A DNA stretch of 64,000 nt from an uncultured Rhodobacter sp. GTDB lineage: Bacteria > Pseudomonadota > Alphaproteobacteria > Rhodobacterales > Rhodobacteraceae. The notes under the pieces are model-generated. The model was given only the letters and a program-made list of their open reading frames with translations, made no database searches and was not told where the DNA came from. The translations under genes were made by a program, and so were the position numbers. The stretch spans positions 748,059-812,058 of the forward strand of contig OZ241336.1 of the NCBI GenBank assembly GCA_965200115.1. The letters run 5' to 3'. Below are positions 17,745-26,264 of the stretch, piece by piece (position 1 is the stretch's first letter; each line of letters begins with the position of its first letter).

Positions 17745-18815
17745 TCAGAAGCTGAACGCGACGCCGAGCGACCACCTGTTGGTGTCGGTGTCCCGAGAAT
17801 CCTCGTCCTCGATCTCCGGCCAGTCGGTCTCCGCGGTGCTCGCGCCGAACTTCAGCGACGCGCCGCCGCCCAGGTCGTAGTTGACCGCCATTCCGATGCC
17901 GGTGGTGTCGCGGTCGTCACTCTCGCCCAGCGCGTCGGTTTCCTGGCTTCCCATGTTGACGCTCAGGGAGACCGGACCCGCCGCGTAGCCGATGCCGAGG
18001 CCGGCGAAGTTCACCGTCCGCTCGAAATTCTCCGCGTCCACGCTGTCCTCGTGGTGCTCCCGGACGTAATTGCCGATCAGGGTGATCCCGTAGGTGGTCG
18101 TCACGTCCACGCTCGCGCCGACCGCGGTCATGTCGTTCGCGACGACCGCGCCGTCACGCATAACGGGATCGCCGTCGGCGTCCAGGACGGCCTCCCTGCC
18201 CATCTGGTAGCCGACGCCGGCCCCGACGGTGTTGCCGCCCATGTCCATCGAGTACTTTCCGCCGAGGCCGACGATCGCCTCGCCGTCGCCGCCCTTGCCG
18301 CCGATCTCGTCGTCCAGCTCCAGGGAGCCGGCGAAGCCGAAGCCGCTGAACGAGTAGTCGTAACGGAGGATCTGGTGGCCTTCGTGCTTTGCGTCAAGTC
18401 CGGCGTTGTCCATGCGGCCCGGGCTGCGGTGCTCGTCGCCGATGGATCCGGCGAGGCCGTCGTCGGTCTCCCGGAGCGCGTAGTCGAGCGCGCCGTCGGT
18501 GTCGCCGAGCGTCAGGCTGCCGAACGGCCCCTTCAGGTGGACGGCGATGCCGCCGGACTCGTCCCTGCTTGAACTGTCGCCGTCGGCCAGCTCGACCGTG
18601 GTGCCGAACTCGACCCCGCCGTCGGTGGCGCCGGACATGACGAACTCAAGCCCTATGTCGGTGTGGAACCGGGCGCTGCCGTCCTTGTCGCCGGCGATCC
18701 CCATCTCCGCCGCGCCCTTGAGCTTGATCGGCGGCTCCGCCATGGCCATGTCCTGCGCCGCCGCCATTCCCGCGCCCAGGCAGAGCGCCGTGGTCGCCAT
18801 CAGTATTCTCTTCAT
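17745..18815 (-). CDS. Outer-membrane general porin (paralog 4)
   Basis: MKRILMATTALCLGAGMAAAQ signal peptide. C-terminal RWSLGVAFSF. Confidence 0.85.
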   Translation of the reverse strand: MKRILMATTALCLGAGMAAAQDMAMAEPPIKLKGAAEMGIAGDKDGSARFHTDIGLEFVMSGATDGGVEFGTTVELADGDSSSRDESGGIAVHLKGPFGSLTLGDTDGALDYALRETDDGLAGSIGDEHRSPGRMDNAGLDAKHEGHQILRYDYSFSGFGFAGSLELDDEIGGKGGDGEAIVGLGGKYSMDMGGNTVGAGVGYQMGREAVLDADGDPVMRDGAVVANDMTAVGASVDVTTTYGITLIGNYVREHHEDSVDAENFERTVNFAGLGIGYAAGPVSLSVNMGSQETDALGESDDRDTTGIGMAVNYDLGGGASLKFGASTAETDWPEIEDEDSRDTDTNRWSLGVAFSF

Positions 18816-19081
18816 AGCGTTTTCTCCTACTGTTGCGTTGGGACCTCTCCGGCGGGCTCGGGCGCCATGCGTCCGCCCCCGCGAATCGGTCTCCGGGCGC
18901 GGGTGGGACGGGTCATAATCCGCGATTACGCGCCTTCGGGAAAAACGTTATGTATCAGGTAGATGGACAGTCCCCGACCGCGCCGGAGCCGGCGGGACCG
19001 CCCGCGCAGGAGCCGGGGACCCGCCGTCCGGCGCGGTCCGGGCGGGACAGATCGACACGCCTGCCCGGCCGCCGCTTTCGG
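18816..19081 (-). promoter_or_regulatory. Conserved porin upstream module, copy 4 (palindrome at 18916-18928)
   Basis: Reverse complement aligns with copies 1-3. It is closest to copy 2 over the leader. Confidence 0.6.
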
Positions 19082-19088
19082 TGAATAA

Positions 19089-19510
19089 CTACCGGCTGGC
19101 GCCGGTAGCGTCAGGGAGGTGCCTGCCAGGATACTGAAGCACGGGTCCGTCCGTGATGGCGCCGATGGTCGCCGAGAAGTATCCACGGCCCCAGAACCGG
19201 CGTCCCCGGCACCGCCTGCGGATTTCGGGGAACCCGCGCTGGACCCTGTGGGACGAACGGCCATCATCCTGCGCACCAGATCGGGGACGGCGGGTTTTGG
19301 GGGCACGGACACGGACATGCGCGCGCGGTCGCCCGGGAGCGCCCCATGCGGGATGGAAACGCCGTTCCCGCGGCGGACCCGGCGGCGGACGGTCCGAACC
19401 CGGAGACGCGGGTCACCGACCAGGACCCCGTGGCGGCACTTCGTCGCCCGGACGATATGGAACCGGTGGCAATGGACGCAATGCGCGGAGCGATCATATT
19501 GCATGACCAT
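19089..19510 (-). pseudogene. IS200/IS605-type TnpA (Y1 HUH transposase) relic, frameshifted with a mutated HUH motif
   Basis: ORF 18926..19552 carries RFHIVRATKCRHGVL...GDRARMSVSVPPKPAVPDLVRR, where the expected HxH reads RAR. The C-terminal part SSHRVQRGFPEIRRRCRGRRFWGRGYFSATIGAITDGPVLQY is in another frame and ends at TAG 19089-19091. Confidence 0.6.
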
Positions 19511-19572
19511 GTCCTTCCGGAAATGAGCCTTCGCCCTGAACGGACGGCTCATTTCCGGAAGGACATGGTCAT
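19503..19572. repeat. Perfect 27-bp inverted repeat with a 16-nt loop (IS200-type subterminal hairpin)
   Basis: Arms are atgaccatgtccttccggaaatgagcc (19503-19529) and ggctcatttccggaaggacatggtcat (19546-19572). It overlaps the 5' end of the tnpA relic. Confidence 0.85.
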
Positions 19573-19653
19573 AACACGATTCGTTCTAGCTGAAGCAATA
19601 TCCGACTGGAAGTCGGAGGCTTCGAACCAACGAGTGGAAAGTGACCCGCCGTG

Positions 19654-21222
19654 TCAGGAGGGGACGGCCGGCTCCGCCCGGACCTCCAGCAGGTTGCGCG
19701 CCTCGCGCCCGCAGGCGACGGCGACCAGGTGGACGGTTTTGCCGCGATACGTGTCCGCATACCCCCGTTCCCGCATCTGGGTGAACGCCGCGTCGAGCGC
19801 CGCCCCGGCGTCGTCTGCGCTTTCCGCCATCTTGAACTCCAGCACGAACACCCGGTCCCCGAGATGGACCACCATGTCGGCGCGCCCGTGGCTTGTGGCC
19901 TCCTCGGCGCGCGCGTCCACCCCGACCGCCCGGAAGGCCATGTGCAGCAGGCTCGCGTACCAGGCCTCGTAGCGCGCCAGGTCACCCGTCGCGTGCCACT
20001 GGTAGGGAATGCCGGCCAGCCAGGCCCTGAGCGTGTCCGCGAAGCCCGTGAAGTCACCCGCCTCGAGCCGGGCGCGCAGGGTTTCCCCCTCGTCCAGGGG
20101 AACCCTGTCCCGCGGGTCCAGCGCGGCCAGCAGGTGATCGGTCAGGCTGAGCCTGACCTCCTGGTTGGGATAGTCCAGCCGGTAGAGGGTGCGGTGGCCC
20201 CGGCGGATCTCGTCCGTGATGGTGAGGTACCCCGTCTGGAACAGCAGGGCCTCGGCGCTGATGTCGTCGATGTCGAACCTGGAGACCAGCGCCTCGTCGG
20301 CCAGGCATCCCTCCAGTTCCAGCGGGCTGACCGACTTTGCCCTGAGCGTGTCGAACAGGAAGGTCGGCGAGCCGGTCTCGAACCAGTAGGGACGGAACTC
20401 CCTCTTCCGCAGGAGCAGGAGCACGTCGAAGGGATTGTAGAGCCGCGCCTCCCCCCGCCAGCTGTAGCCGTCGTACCAGGCGCGGATCTCCTCCCGGTCC
20501 AGCCCCGCGAGCTCTGGGGCGAACACGGTGTCGAGATCGGCGTCGGTGTACCCGCAGAGCGTGGCGTAGCGGGGATCGAGGCTGATGTCCTCGAGGTTGT
20601 TGAGATCGGAGAACAGGCTCACCTTGGAGAACATGCTCACGCCGGTGACGAGGACGAAGCGGACGTGCTCGGCGCTGTCCTTGATGACGCCGTAGACGCC
20701 GCGCAGGCACTCCCGGTTGGCCCGGGCCATATCGGGGTCATGCAGCCCGTCGAGGATCGGCTTGTCGTACTCGTCGACGAGGATCACCACCCGCCGGCCC
20801 GTCTTGCGGTGCAGGTGGTAGAGAAGCGTCCGCAGACGCTCGGGGGCCGCGTCCGTGCCGGTCACCGGATCCAGTCCGGCCGCGTGTTCGGTCAGGTCCA
20901 GCTGCGCGCGGACGCTGCGCGCGATGTCCTGCGGGCCATCGTACTTCCCGCCAAAGCTCAGGCGCACCACGGGGTGGGTGACGGACCAGTCCCAGCTGTC
21001 ATGGATGGCCAGTCCCCGGAACAGGTCCTCCCGCCCCTCGAAGAGGGCCCGGATCGTGTCCACCAGAAGGCTCTTGCCGAACCTTCGGGGCCGGGAGAGG
21101 AAGTAATGCCGCCCCTCGTCCACAAGCCGCCGGACAAGAGGGGTCTTGTCGACGTAATAGAAACCTTCGCTCCGGATCGTCGCGAAGTCCTGGATGCCGA
21201 TGGGCAGGCGCTGACGGGTCAT
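19654..21222 (-). CDS. AAA-ATPase-like / PD-(D/E)XK nuclease family protein
   Basis: The N-terminus LPIGIQDFATIRSEGFYYVDKTPLVRRLVDEGRHYFLSRPRRFGKSLL is typical of the predicted AAA-ATPase (PF09820-like) family with a C-terminal PD-(D/E)XK module. The start is either 21222 (ATG, MTRQRL) or 21249. Confidence 0.75.
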   Translation of the reverse strand: MTRQRLPIGIQDFATIRSEGFYYVDKTPLVRRLVDEGRHYFLSRPRRFGKSLLVDTIRALFEGREDLFRGLAIHDSWDWSVTHPVVRLSFGGKYDGPQDIARSVRAQLDLTEHAAGLDPVTGTDAAPERLRTLLYHLHRKTGRRVVILVDEYDKPILDGLHDPDMARANRECLRGVYGVIKDSAEHVRFVLVTGVSMFSKVSLFSDLNNLEDISLDPRYATLCGYTDADLDTVFAPELAGLDREEIRAWYDGYSWRGEARLYNPFDVLLLLRKREFRPYWFETGSPTFLFDTLRAKSVSPLELEGCLADEALVSRFDIDDISAEALLFQTGYLTITDEIRRGHRTLYRLDYPNQEVRLSLTDHLLAALDPRDRVPLDEGETLRARLEAGDFTGFADTLRAWLAGIPYQWHATGDLARYEAWYASLLHMAFRAVGVDARAEEATSHGRADMVVHLGDRVFVLEFKMAESADDAGAALDAAFTQMRERGYADTYRGKTVHLVAVACGREARNLLEVRAEPAVPS

Positions 21223-21677
21223 GTTAAACTGTTCGACACTTTGCGGCACTCTCCAATTCTCCCGCGTCGGCCCGCCCGGATCCCGGTTTCATCCCTTCGG
21301 TAAAATCACCCTGGCTCCACTCCGAAGCGCGACGCCCTCCGGCCCCCCTGATTCCGCGCGGAAACGGCTCGGTCCCGTCCGGAACGAGACTATGCGAGGG
21401 ATACGGGCGGCGCAAGACACGCATGCGGGCGCGCCGGGGACGGGCCGCGCCGCGGGGGCGACCCGTCCGGGGGTTTCCTCGGGGAGACCGCGCCCGCGGG
21501 AACGCCTCCGCCGGCGTCAGGTAATCCAGCATCCGGCGCGGGCGCGCGTCCGGCCGGTTCTCGCGGACCAGTTCCACGCCAGACCGTTGGAGATCCGCCG
21601 CTTCCTCAAAAGCCATCTCGAGGCAGGACGGACCGCGCGGCCTCAACCACAGGCTGGCGGGATGTGTCGCGGCCCTT

Positions 21678-23012
21678 TCAGGCAACCTCGGCGCCAAGGC
21701 CGTACAGAAGCTCGTCCTGAAGCCGGCGAAGTTCGACGATTCGGGATTCGATCGGTAGCGTCACGTTGTCGGCGGTGATCAACTCACCCCGGCGGATGGT
21801 GTCGGTCACCCTGCCCCCGGTCAGCAGTCCGGCGGGATGTGCCCGCATCGCGCGTGCGCGCGATACCTCCATCGCCCATGCCCGGTAGGTATATTCGCCG
21901 ATTTGGTCAAGCGTTTCACCGGGCGCGAGATCCCGCTTGGCCACCGCGCATACCTCGGCCACCGGACGGTCCAGCGGAATCATGTCGGCGCTTCCGTAAA
22001 GAACCGCGCGCGCGCAGGTCAGCGGCACCTCAAGCGAGGTAAGATGATAGGGCCGGATGAAGGAGAAATACGGCCCCGGTCCCATCTTGAGATCTTTCAT
22101 GCGTTCCAGAACACGCGGATGCTCGGCCTCAACGACGACGAACACGCCCGGCGCCAAACCTTTGCCAACCGAGAAGTCAACCCGGCCGATATCCGAAAGG
22201 ACGCCGCCGTCCCGCTCGGGAACCAGGGTAGTCGCGAGATCCTGCGGCCCGACCGCCGGGCCATGCATGCCATCGCAATCCGGAACCAGTCCGGTGGCGT
22301 TGGCGATAGCCGACATCTCCACCATGGTCTTTGAGCCGTCAACGAATTCAACCAGCAGGCGTGGATTCATGTCCCGCGCTTTCGCCTCGGCGGCGTAGCG
22401 GTCCGGAGTCGCGTCAAAATTCAGCGGATTGTTCTTGCCTTTCCCGGCGCACACGATCCTGTGACCCATCGCGGAGGCGAATTCGATCAATTCCATGCAG
22501 GCCGAGGGCTCGTCACCCGCGCCAAGTGAATAGACCACGCCCAGTCGATCAGCCTCACGCCTGAGGTAGGCACCGATCGCAACGTCCGCCTCGACGTTCA
22601 TCATCACCAGATGCTTGCCGTGTTCCATGGCTTTCAGGCCAATCTCGGCGCCCACGGCCGGAACGCCGGTCGCGTCCACGATCACGTCGATCAGGCCGGA
22701 CTCGATAAGGGCGTCGGCATCGTCGGTGACGGCGGTCATGCCACCCTCGACGGCCGCGTTCAAAGCGCCCGCGTTGGAGACGTCAATGCTGTGGCCCGTC
22801 GTTCGCCGCGCGATTTCCACGGCACGGTGGGCCTCGGAGGGATCCAGTTCCGAGATGGCCGCCACCTCGACCCCGTCCATCATCCCCACCCGGGTCACGA
22901 TATCGGTTCCCATCTCTCCGCAGCCGACCAGGCCAATCCGCACGGGGCGGCCCGAATCCGCGCGGGCGGCGAGATCTTTCGCGAGACCCGTAAGTGAAAC
23001 GTTTGACGTCAT
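21678..23012 (-). CDS. NAD(P)-binding oxidoreductase with C-terminal SAF domain (COG4091-like)
   Basis: VRIGLVGCGEMGTDIV Rossmann motif. C-terminal GRVTDTIRRGELITADNV, SAF-like. Confidence 0.7.
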   Translation of the reverse strand: MTSNVSLTGLAKDLAARADSGRPVRIGLVGCGEMGTDIVTRVGMMDGVEVAAISELDPSEAHRAVEIARRTTGHSIDVSNAGALNAAVEGGMTAVTDDADALIESGLIDVIVDATGVPAVGAEIGLKAMEHGKHLVMMNVEADVAIGAYLRREADRLGVVYSLGAGDEPSACMELIEFASAMGHRIVCAGKGKNNPLNFDATPDRYAAEAKARDMNPRLLVEFVDGSKTMVEMSAIANATGLVPDCDGMHGPAVGPQDLATTLVPERDGGVLSDIGRVDFSVGKGLAPGVFVVVEAEHPRVLERMKDLKMGPGPYFSFIRPYHLTSLEVPLTCARAVLYGSADMIPLDRPVAEVCAVAKRDLAPGETLDQIGEYTYRAWAMEVSRARAMRAHPAGLLTGGRVTDTIRRGELITADNVTLPIESRIVELRRLQDELLYGLGAEVA

Positions 23013-23613
23013 GTGTCTTTACTCCCTGTGGCCCGGGGAAGAGGATCACGCCTTAACGACGGGGACCGTCGCCCCTAACCGGTAACGGTGATTTCCAGAA
23101 TTTCCTGCCGGACCTTCGCCCCATACCTTGCCGAACGCGGGTATAGTCTGAAGCTTTGCGACCGCGGCCGCAAGATGAATCCGACCACCCTCGGTCGCGG
23201 GCCAATCCCTGCGCATTCCGTCCGTTCCCGAGCCGTTGGCCGGGGCATATCCGGCCAATGCGGCCCGTTACCGGTCAAGGAGTTCGGCTCACGGATCCCA
23301 AGGATGCCGGGCATCGGCTGCGAACGGTACCCAATGGCGGGACTGGACGGCGATGCGGTCAGTGCCGCGGATGGCCATGGGCGTGGCATGAGGGCCGTAC
23401 GCCCGAACGGCCATGGCGGGGCCATTACTCCGGATCCGGGAGCCCGGCTACGGAAAGGCGGGGCGTGCCACCGACTCCAGGGCAGCGTCAGCCGCCGGGG
23501 CCGGTCTTGGAGAGCGGACGCACATCCGCCCGTGCCGGGGAATTCTCCACCCCATAAAGCGAGATCGGGAAGCGGGAGGCCCCGGATTCGACGGCGATGA
23601 TCCACCACCGGCC

Positions 23614-24483
23614 TCAACCGCCCAGAAAGAGCCGGCCGACCTCCGGATTCTCCAGCAGTTCGTCACCCCTGCCCGCGATCGCCAGCTCGCCTGAAACGAG
23701 AACATATCCCAGGTCGGCAAACTCCAGACCCTTTCGGGCGTTCTGCTCAACCATGATGATCGTCTTTCCGTCACTGTGCTGGAGATCGCGAAGTATGTCG
23801 AAAACCATGTCGATGTAACGGGGCTCCAGACCGATCGACGGTTCGTCAACAAGCAGAATCTCCGGATCCATCACCAGTGCGCGGGAGATCTCCAGAAGAC
23901 GGCGCTCACCGCCCGAAAGCACCTTCGCCTGATGCTTCCGGCGATCCGCCAGCCGGGGATATCTCTCGAAAATCCGCTCGGCCGCGTCTTTCGCGTCCTT
24001 CGGGCCGTCTTTAAGGAAACCGCCCATCCAGAGGTTTTCCTCCACCGTCATACCGGGAAACACCGACTTGTCCTGAAGGATATAGGCAATTCCGGCCTCG
24101 CTCAGCTTGGAGGTGGGGTCCAGCCGCGTGATGTCACGTTTCCCCGGCCCGTCACCGGCCTTTATCGATCCGGAGAATATGTCGCTGAACCCGAAAACCG
24201 CGTGCAGGACGGTCGACTTACCGGCGCCGTTCGGCCCGATGAGGCAAAGTGACTGACGACGGGCAACCGCCAGATCCAACCCGTGCAGGATTTCCATCCG
24301 GCCGTATCCGGCACGCAGGTTCTCCACCAGGATGTATGGATCGTCATTGGCCAGCGCCAGAATCTCCGGAAGCCCGATCTTCCCGGCGAGCCCGGCCGCC
24401 TGGCGCGATACGGCGTCCACGGAAATCACCGTGTCGACCGAGCCGACGTGATAGCCGCCGGCGCGTGACTGGCCATTCGCCAT
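23614..24483 (-). CDS. livF: Branched-chain amino acid-type ABC transporter ATP-binding protein (LivF-like)
   Basis: Walker A GPNGAGKST, signature LSGGERR, Walker B LLVDEPS. The ATG overlaps the livG-like stop (TGATG). Confidence 0.8.
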   Translation of the reverse strand: MANGQSRAGGYHVGSVDTVISVDAVSRQAAGLAGKIGLPEILALANDDPYILVENLRAGYGRMEILHGLDLAVARRQSLCLIGPNGAGKSTVLHAVFGFSDIFSGSIKAGDGPGKRDITRLDPTSKLSEAGIAYILQDKSVFPGMTVEENLWMGGFLKDGPKDAKDAAERIFERYPRLADRRKHQAKVLSGGERRLLEISRALVMDPEILLVDEPSIGLEPRYIDMVFDILRDLQHSDGKTIIMVEQNARKGLEFADLGYVLVSGELAIAGRGDELLENPEVGRLFLGG

Positions 24484-25229
24484 CAATGCGCGCCCAGATA
24501 GGCGTTGACGACACGCCGGTCGTGCTGGATCTCCTCCGGCGCGCCGCTGGCCAGCATCCGGCCGTGCGCGAGACAGTATATCGTGTCGGCCATATTCATG
24601 ATCACGCGCATATTATGTTCGATAATTAACAACGTGATGCCGAACTCCGCGTTCGCGAGCCTGAGACGGTCGATCAGGCCGTTGATCAGGGTGGGATTTA
24701 TGCCCGCGGTTGGTTCGTCGAGCAGGAGCGCCTCGGGTTCGTTCATTAGCGCCATCGCGAACTCAAGGAGCTTTTGCTGGCCAAAACTGAGCGAGCCGGC
24801 CCGCAGAAGGCGTTTCCGGTACAGTCCGACAAACTCAAGCAGGGTTTCCGCCCTCTCGCGATCCTCGGTCGAGTTCCTTCTGAACGCGTCGCGGATCGAC
24901 ATCTTTCGGTGCGGCAGCGAGACCAGCATGTTCTCGGCGCAGTTCATCGCTCCATAGATTCGGGTCTGCTGGAACGTGCGAAGCAACCCCAGGCGGGCGA
25001 TTTCCGGAACCGCCATTCCGCTGATATCGCGGTTTGCGAACCTGATGGAGCCCGAATCGATCGGATGGTAGCCGACGATTGAGTTGAACAGGGTCGTCTT
25101 GCCGGATCCGTTCGGTCCGATCAGTCCCGTGATGCCACCCTTTTCGACCGACATCGAGATGTCGGCGTTCGCCCTGACACCGCCAAAGGACTTCGAGACA
25201 CCCGACACTTCGATGATAGCGCCCGTCAC
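24483..25229 (-). CDS. livG: ABC transporter ATP-binding protein (LivG-like)
   Basis: GPNGSGKTT, LSFGQQKLLE, LLLDEPTAG. GTG start in a GTGA overlap with the upstream permease stop. The longer ORF extension is rejected. Confidence 0.8.
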   Translation of the reverse strand: MTGAIIEVSGVSKSFGGVRANADISMSVEKGGITGLIGPNGSGKTTLFNSIVGYHPIDSGSIRFANRDISGMAVPEIARLGLLRTFQQTRIYGAMNCAENMLVSLPHRKMSIRDAFRRNSTEDRERAETLLEFVGLYRKRLLRAGSLSFGQQKLLEFAMALMNEPEALLLDEPTAGINPTLINGLIDRLRLANAEFGITLLIIEHNMRVIMNMADTIYCLAHGRMLASGAPEEIQHDRRVVNAYLGAH

Positions 25230-26254
25230 GGGGTCTCTCCCGCATCGACGCGCATTCCGAACCAGTCGGGCCGCCTCTGGCGGAGATAGCCCATCAGACC
25301 GTCCTGGAAATACACCACCACGACGACGATAAGCGCGCCAAGCGCGATCCACTGCCAGCCGAGGAAGTAGCTCCATGTGGCCTCCTTGAACGCATGGAAC
25401 ATGACCGCGCCGATGACCGGCCCCCAAAGCGTTCCCTTGCCGCCGAGAAGCACGCAGACAACCATGAATATGCCGAGGTTGATGGTCTGGTAGGCGGTTT
25501 CAAGGGGTTCGAAGTGAATGAGCTGGAAGGCGGAGACCGCTCCGGCCGCGCCCACGAAGACCGCCGCCATCGCCCAGGTGACCATCTTGTAGCGCAGCGT
25601 GTGGATACCCATCGCCTCGGCCTTCTCCTCGTCATCGCGGATCGCGTTGATCGCGGCCCCGAAACGCGTGGAGTAGAGCCAGGACACGAAAACGAACAAC
25701 GTTATGCCGAGCGCGGCGAACAGGTAGTAGATCAGGAGCTTGAACCGCTCGAAATCGCCGGGATAGTTGGGCATCGTTATCCCCTGCCCGCCGCCGACCC
25801 AGTCCCAGTTGGACACGAGCTCACCGGCGGCGATCGCGACACCCAGGGTACCGATGGCGAAATACGGCCCGCGCAGGCCAAACGTGATCCAGCCGATAAC
25901 CGCGGCGCAGACCGCGCAGAAAAGGCCCGCTCCCAGCGTTCCGATCACGAGGCCGGCGAAATACTGCCCCCGCGTCCAAGTGTAGATTCCACCCCCGGAC
26001 GCGGCCGTGTACTCCCCGACGTCGTGGGCGATCGCGATCGTGATCACCGCGGCGACATACATGCCCGTTCCGTAAAAGAATATGTTGCCCAGGCTGTTGT
26101 AACCCATCTGGCCGCCCGTCATGTCCCAGCTCAGCGCGACGATAATCATCAGCCAAAGCGTGGCCAGCTGCGTCTTGAACGCCGGAAACAGGAATGGCGC
26201 GGCCAGTGAGAGGGCCAGGAGCGCGCCGTAGAAAACCAGCCTGCGCATGGTCAT
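25226..26254 (-). CDS. livM: ABC transporter permease (LivM-like)
   Basis: Multi-TM protein. Internal ATG (MTMRRLVFYG) lies 10 nt after the livH-like stop. Confidence 0.8.
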   Translation of the reverse strand: MTMRRLVFYGALLALSLAAPFLFPAFKTQLATLWLMIIVALSWDMTGGQMGYNSLGNIFFYGTGMYVAAVITIAIAHDVGEYTAASGGGIYTWTRGQYFAGLVIGTLGAGLFCAVCAAVIGWITFGLRGPYFAIGTLGVAIAAGELVSNWDWVGGGQGITMPNYPGDFERFKLLIYYLFAALGITLFVFVSWLYSTRFGAAINAIRDDEEKAEAMGIHTLRYKMVTWAMAAVFVGAAGAVSAFQLIHFEPLETAYQTINLGIFMVVCVLLGGKGTLWGPVIGAVMFHAFKEATWSYFLGWQWIALGALIVVVVVYFQDGLMGYLRQRRPDWFGMRVDAGETP

Positions 26255-26264
26255 CGGCGCGCCC

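Noticed and set aside
862-18815. TbpA-like TonB-dependent receptor or Slam (DUF560) partner for the TbpB-like lipoproteins
   Set aside because: I looked through all six frames of the accessory region. There is no ORF with a TonB box/plug, a 22-strand barrel length, or a TPR+DUF560 architecture. Only porin-sized barrels are present.
19590-19640. tRNA-like elements (ccgactggaagtcgg stem-loop and ggcttcgaacc, whose reverse complement GGTTCGAAGCC is T-loop-like)
   Set aside because: The order and orientation of the arms are incompatible with a cloverleaf on either strand, and the T-stem does not pair. At most it is a tRNA 3'-end scrap or att-site relic, which cannot be shown from sequence alone.
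19651-21303. 550-aa plus-strand ORF
   Set aside because: It is the mirror of the AAA-ATPase/PD-(D/E)XK gene, which has clear family motifs on the minus strand.
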